DNA of 64,000 nucleotides from Ignavibacteriota bacterium (GTDB taxonomy: Bacteria > Bacteroidota > Ignavibacteria > UBA10030 > CAVZMI01). The stretch lies in NCBI GenBank assembly GCA_963776275.1, contig CAVZMI010000038.1, positions 37,239 to 101,238 on the forward strand, given 5' to 3'. This document shows, in pieces, positions 62,701 to 64,000 of the stretch (its first letter is position 1; each line of letters starts with the position of its first letter). The notes under the pieces were generated by a model. The model had not been told where the DNA came from, did no database searches, and saw only the letters and a program-made list of their open reading frames with translations. The position numbers were made by a program, and so were the translations under genes.

Positions 62701-64000
62701 TTATTTCAACAAAATCATCTTCTTTACAGCCGAGAATTTTCCGCTCTTCAGTATATAATAATATGTCCCTGATGACAGGTTCGTTCCGTTGAACGTCACC
62801 TTGTGGATCAGACCCGCAGGAAGAATCTCTCCGTCAACCAGTGAAGCAACTTCCTGACCAAGAGTGTTATAGACTTTCAAAGATGTAGGTGCATCATCGG
62901 GTATCGAAAATTCGATCGTTGTTACCGGATTAAACGGACTCGGATAATTCTGACTGAGCATGAATGATTTATCTGTTGCACCCGATATCACCTCGACAAC
63001 ATTGCTGTATTCAAACGCACCGTCGAAATCGGTTTGTTTCAGACGATAGTTCAGTCGTCCCGAGGGTGCATTTTTATCGGTGTACGAATACTCCTGCGGT
63101 ACGGTTGTCGTGCCGTGTCCGCCCACAAATCCGATCTTTGTCCAAACTCCATCGGTAGATTGCCGTTCGATATCGAAGCCGTAATTATTTTTCTCGCTTG
63201 CAGTCTTCCATTCCAGCGTAACATCGAATTTCTTCGCCGATGCGGTGAATGAAGTGAGCTGGACAGGCAGCGGTGATGTGTTTTCCGTGATCGTCCAATA
63301 CGAGAAGTTTGCGATTCCGGTCTGTTCGACATAACTATTTGCACCAGAATTCGAGCGGGCGGAATAGCCTTGATCTTCCCAGACCGATCCGTTATATCGC
63401 CAGAGAGTGAAGAGTGCCGGATTTCTGCCGTTGAGTTCAGTTGTCGCATCGTAGTGCAGTCGCAGCGTTGCTGATAGTCCGGATCCTCCGTGTGCGGTAA
63501 TTGAATAATATCTTAATATAGCATAGCTCGAGTTACCGACGGGTATTGGTGTGTTCGGATAACTCGTGATAGTAATGCTGTCGATTGTGCCGATGCTTGC
63601 GAAGTTGAGATACGTATTCGGACCTTCGAAGGAGTAGCTGGTTCCCGTTGAGAATGAATGGACATGACGAACTGAACCGTTAACAAGCCCGTTTCCGGTT
63701 CGTGTTGTTATGACCCGCACGACGTTTGCACCGGTTGTCAGATAACCTGTATCGGTCACATTCAGAGTATTTGTTGTTACAGTCTGAGGGAGTGATACGG
63801 TCGGACTCGAGATGACAAGTGTACCATAACGAAAATTATCTACCGTTTCATTTCTTCCGGCAAATTCGATCGTACCTGTGGAGTATGTACGCGTACCGGT
63901 TCCGATATATTGTCCGACAAGGTTTGAATTTGACCGGGTCACCCGAGCGGTTCCGACGACATTCATTGCCAGCGTATTGAACGTCACGGTTACGGTTGAG
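62701..64000 (-). CDS. T9SS-secreted surface protein (paralog 3; 5' part outside window)
   Basis: Same PLPVQLTSF..QNYPSPFNP..KKMILLK C-terminus; frame open to the window edge. Confidence 0.85.
   Translation of the reverse strand, partial: STVTVTFNTLAMNVVGTARVTRSNSNLVGQYIGTGTRTYSTGTIEFAGRNETVDNFRYGTLVISSPTVSLPQTVTTNTLNVTDTGYLTTGANVVRVITTRTGNGLVNGSVRHVHSFSTGTSYSFEGPNTYLNFASIGTIDSITITSYPNTPIPVGNSSYAILRYYSITAHGGSGLSATLRLHYDATTELNGRNPALFTLWRYNGSVWEDQGYSARSNSGANSYVEQTGIANFSYWTITENTSPLPVQLTSFTASAKKFDVTLEWKTASEKNNYGFDIERQSTDGVWTKIGFVGGHGTTTVPQEYSYTDKNAPSGRLNYRLKQTDFDGAFEYSNVVEVISGATDKSFMLSQNYPSPFNPVTTIEFSIPDDAPTSLKVYNTLGQEVASLVDGEILPAGLIHKVTFNGTNLSSGTYYYILKSGKFSAVKKMILLK

Noticed and set aside
56587-63449. 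Recurring small ORFs (56587/59475/62964 +; 56674/59562/63051 -)
   Set aside because: Alternative-frame echoes of the duplicated T9SS C-terminal DNA.
56324-64000. Diversity-generating retroelement or invertible shufflon
   Set aside because: No reverse transcriptase or recombinase in the window; differences between copies are not adenine-restricted; each paralog seen in full has its own signal peptide and terminator, all on one strand.

Overview
Chromosomal window from an Ignavibacteria/Chlorobi-like (FCB group) bacterium. The assignment rests on the lpxC-fabZ fusion, QNYPxPFNP-type T9SS C-terminal domains, TTGACT-type -35 boxes and Shine-Dalgarno sites. 1-14 kb is housekeeping: ftsX, pheA, two lipoproteins, recR and ybaB, then the divergent uppS-bamA-skp-skp-lpxD-lpxC/fabZ-lpxA-lipoate ligase-panB run. 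14-16 kb holds a TPR gene and a VanZ gene. 16-41.5 kb is a Wzx/Wzy polysaccharide locus unusually rich in SAM methyltransferases, and 41.8-49.7 kb is a second flippase/GT9/GT-C/WecG module. These are followed by a DUF559 nuclease gene between two multi-hairpin direct repeats, a large C25 (PorU/gingipain-like) protease gene, and a convergent tandem array of at least three mosaic T9SS cargo genes. The best candidate for an undescribed system is the DUF559-plus-repeat cassette (49.7-50.4 kb). An internally deleted inverted copy at 20.4-20.7 kb keeps both repeats and the last ~16 codons of the nuclease gene, which suggests an autonomous/non-autonomous element pair. Several other palindromic repeat families fill the intergenic gaps. 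Seven single-base frameshifts are most likely assembly indel errors. No rRNA, tRNA or CRISPR array was seen. All calls were made by eye, without database searches.
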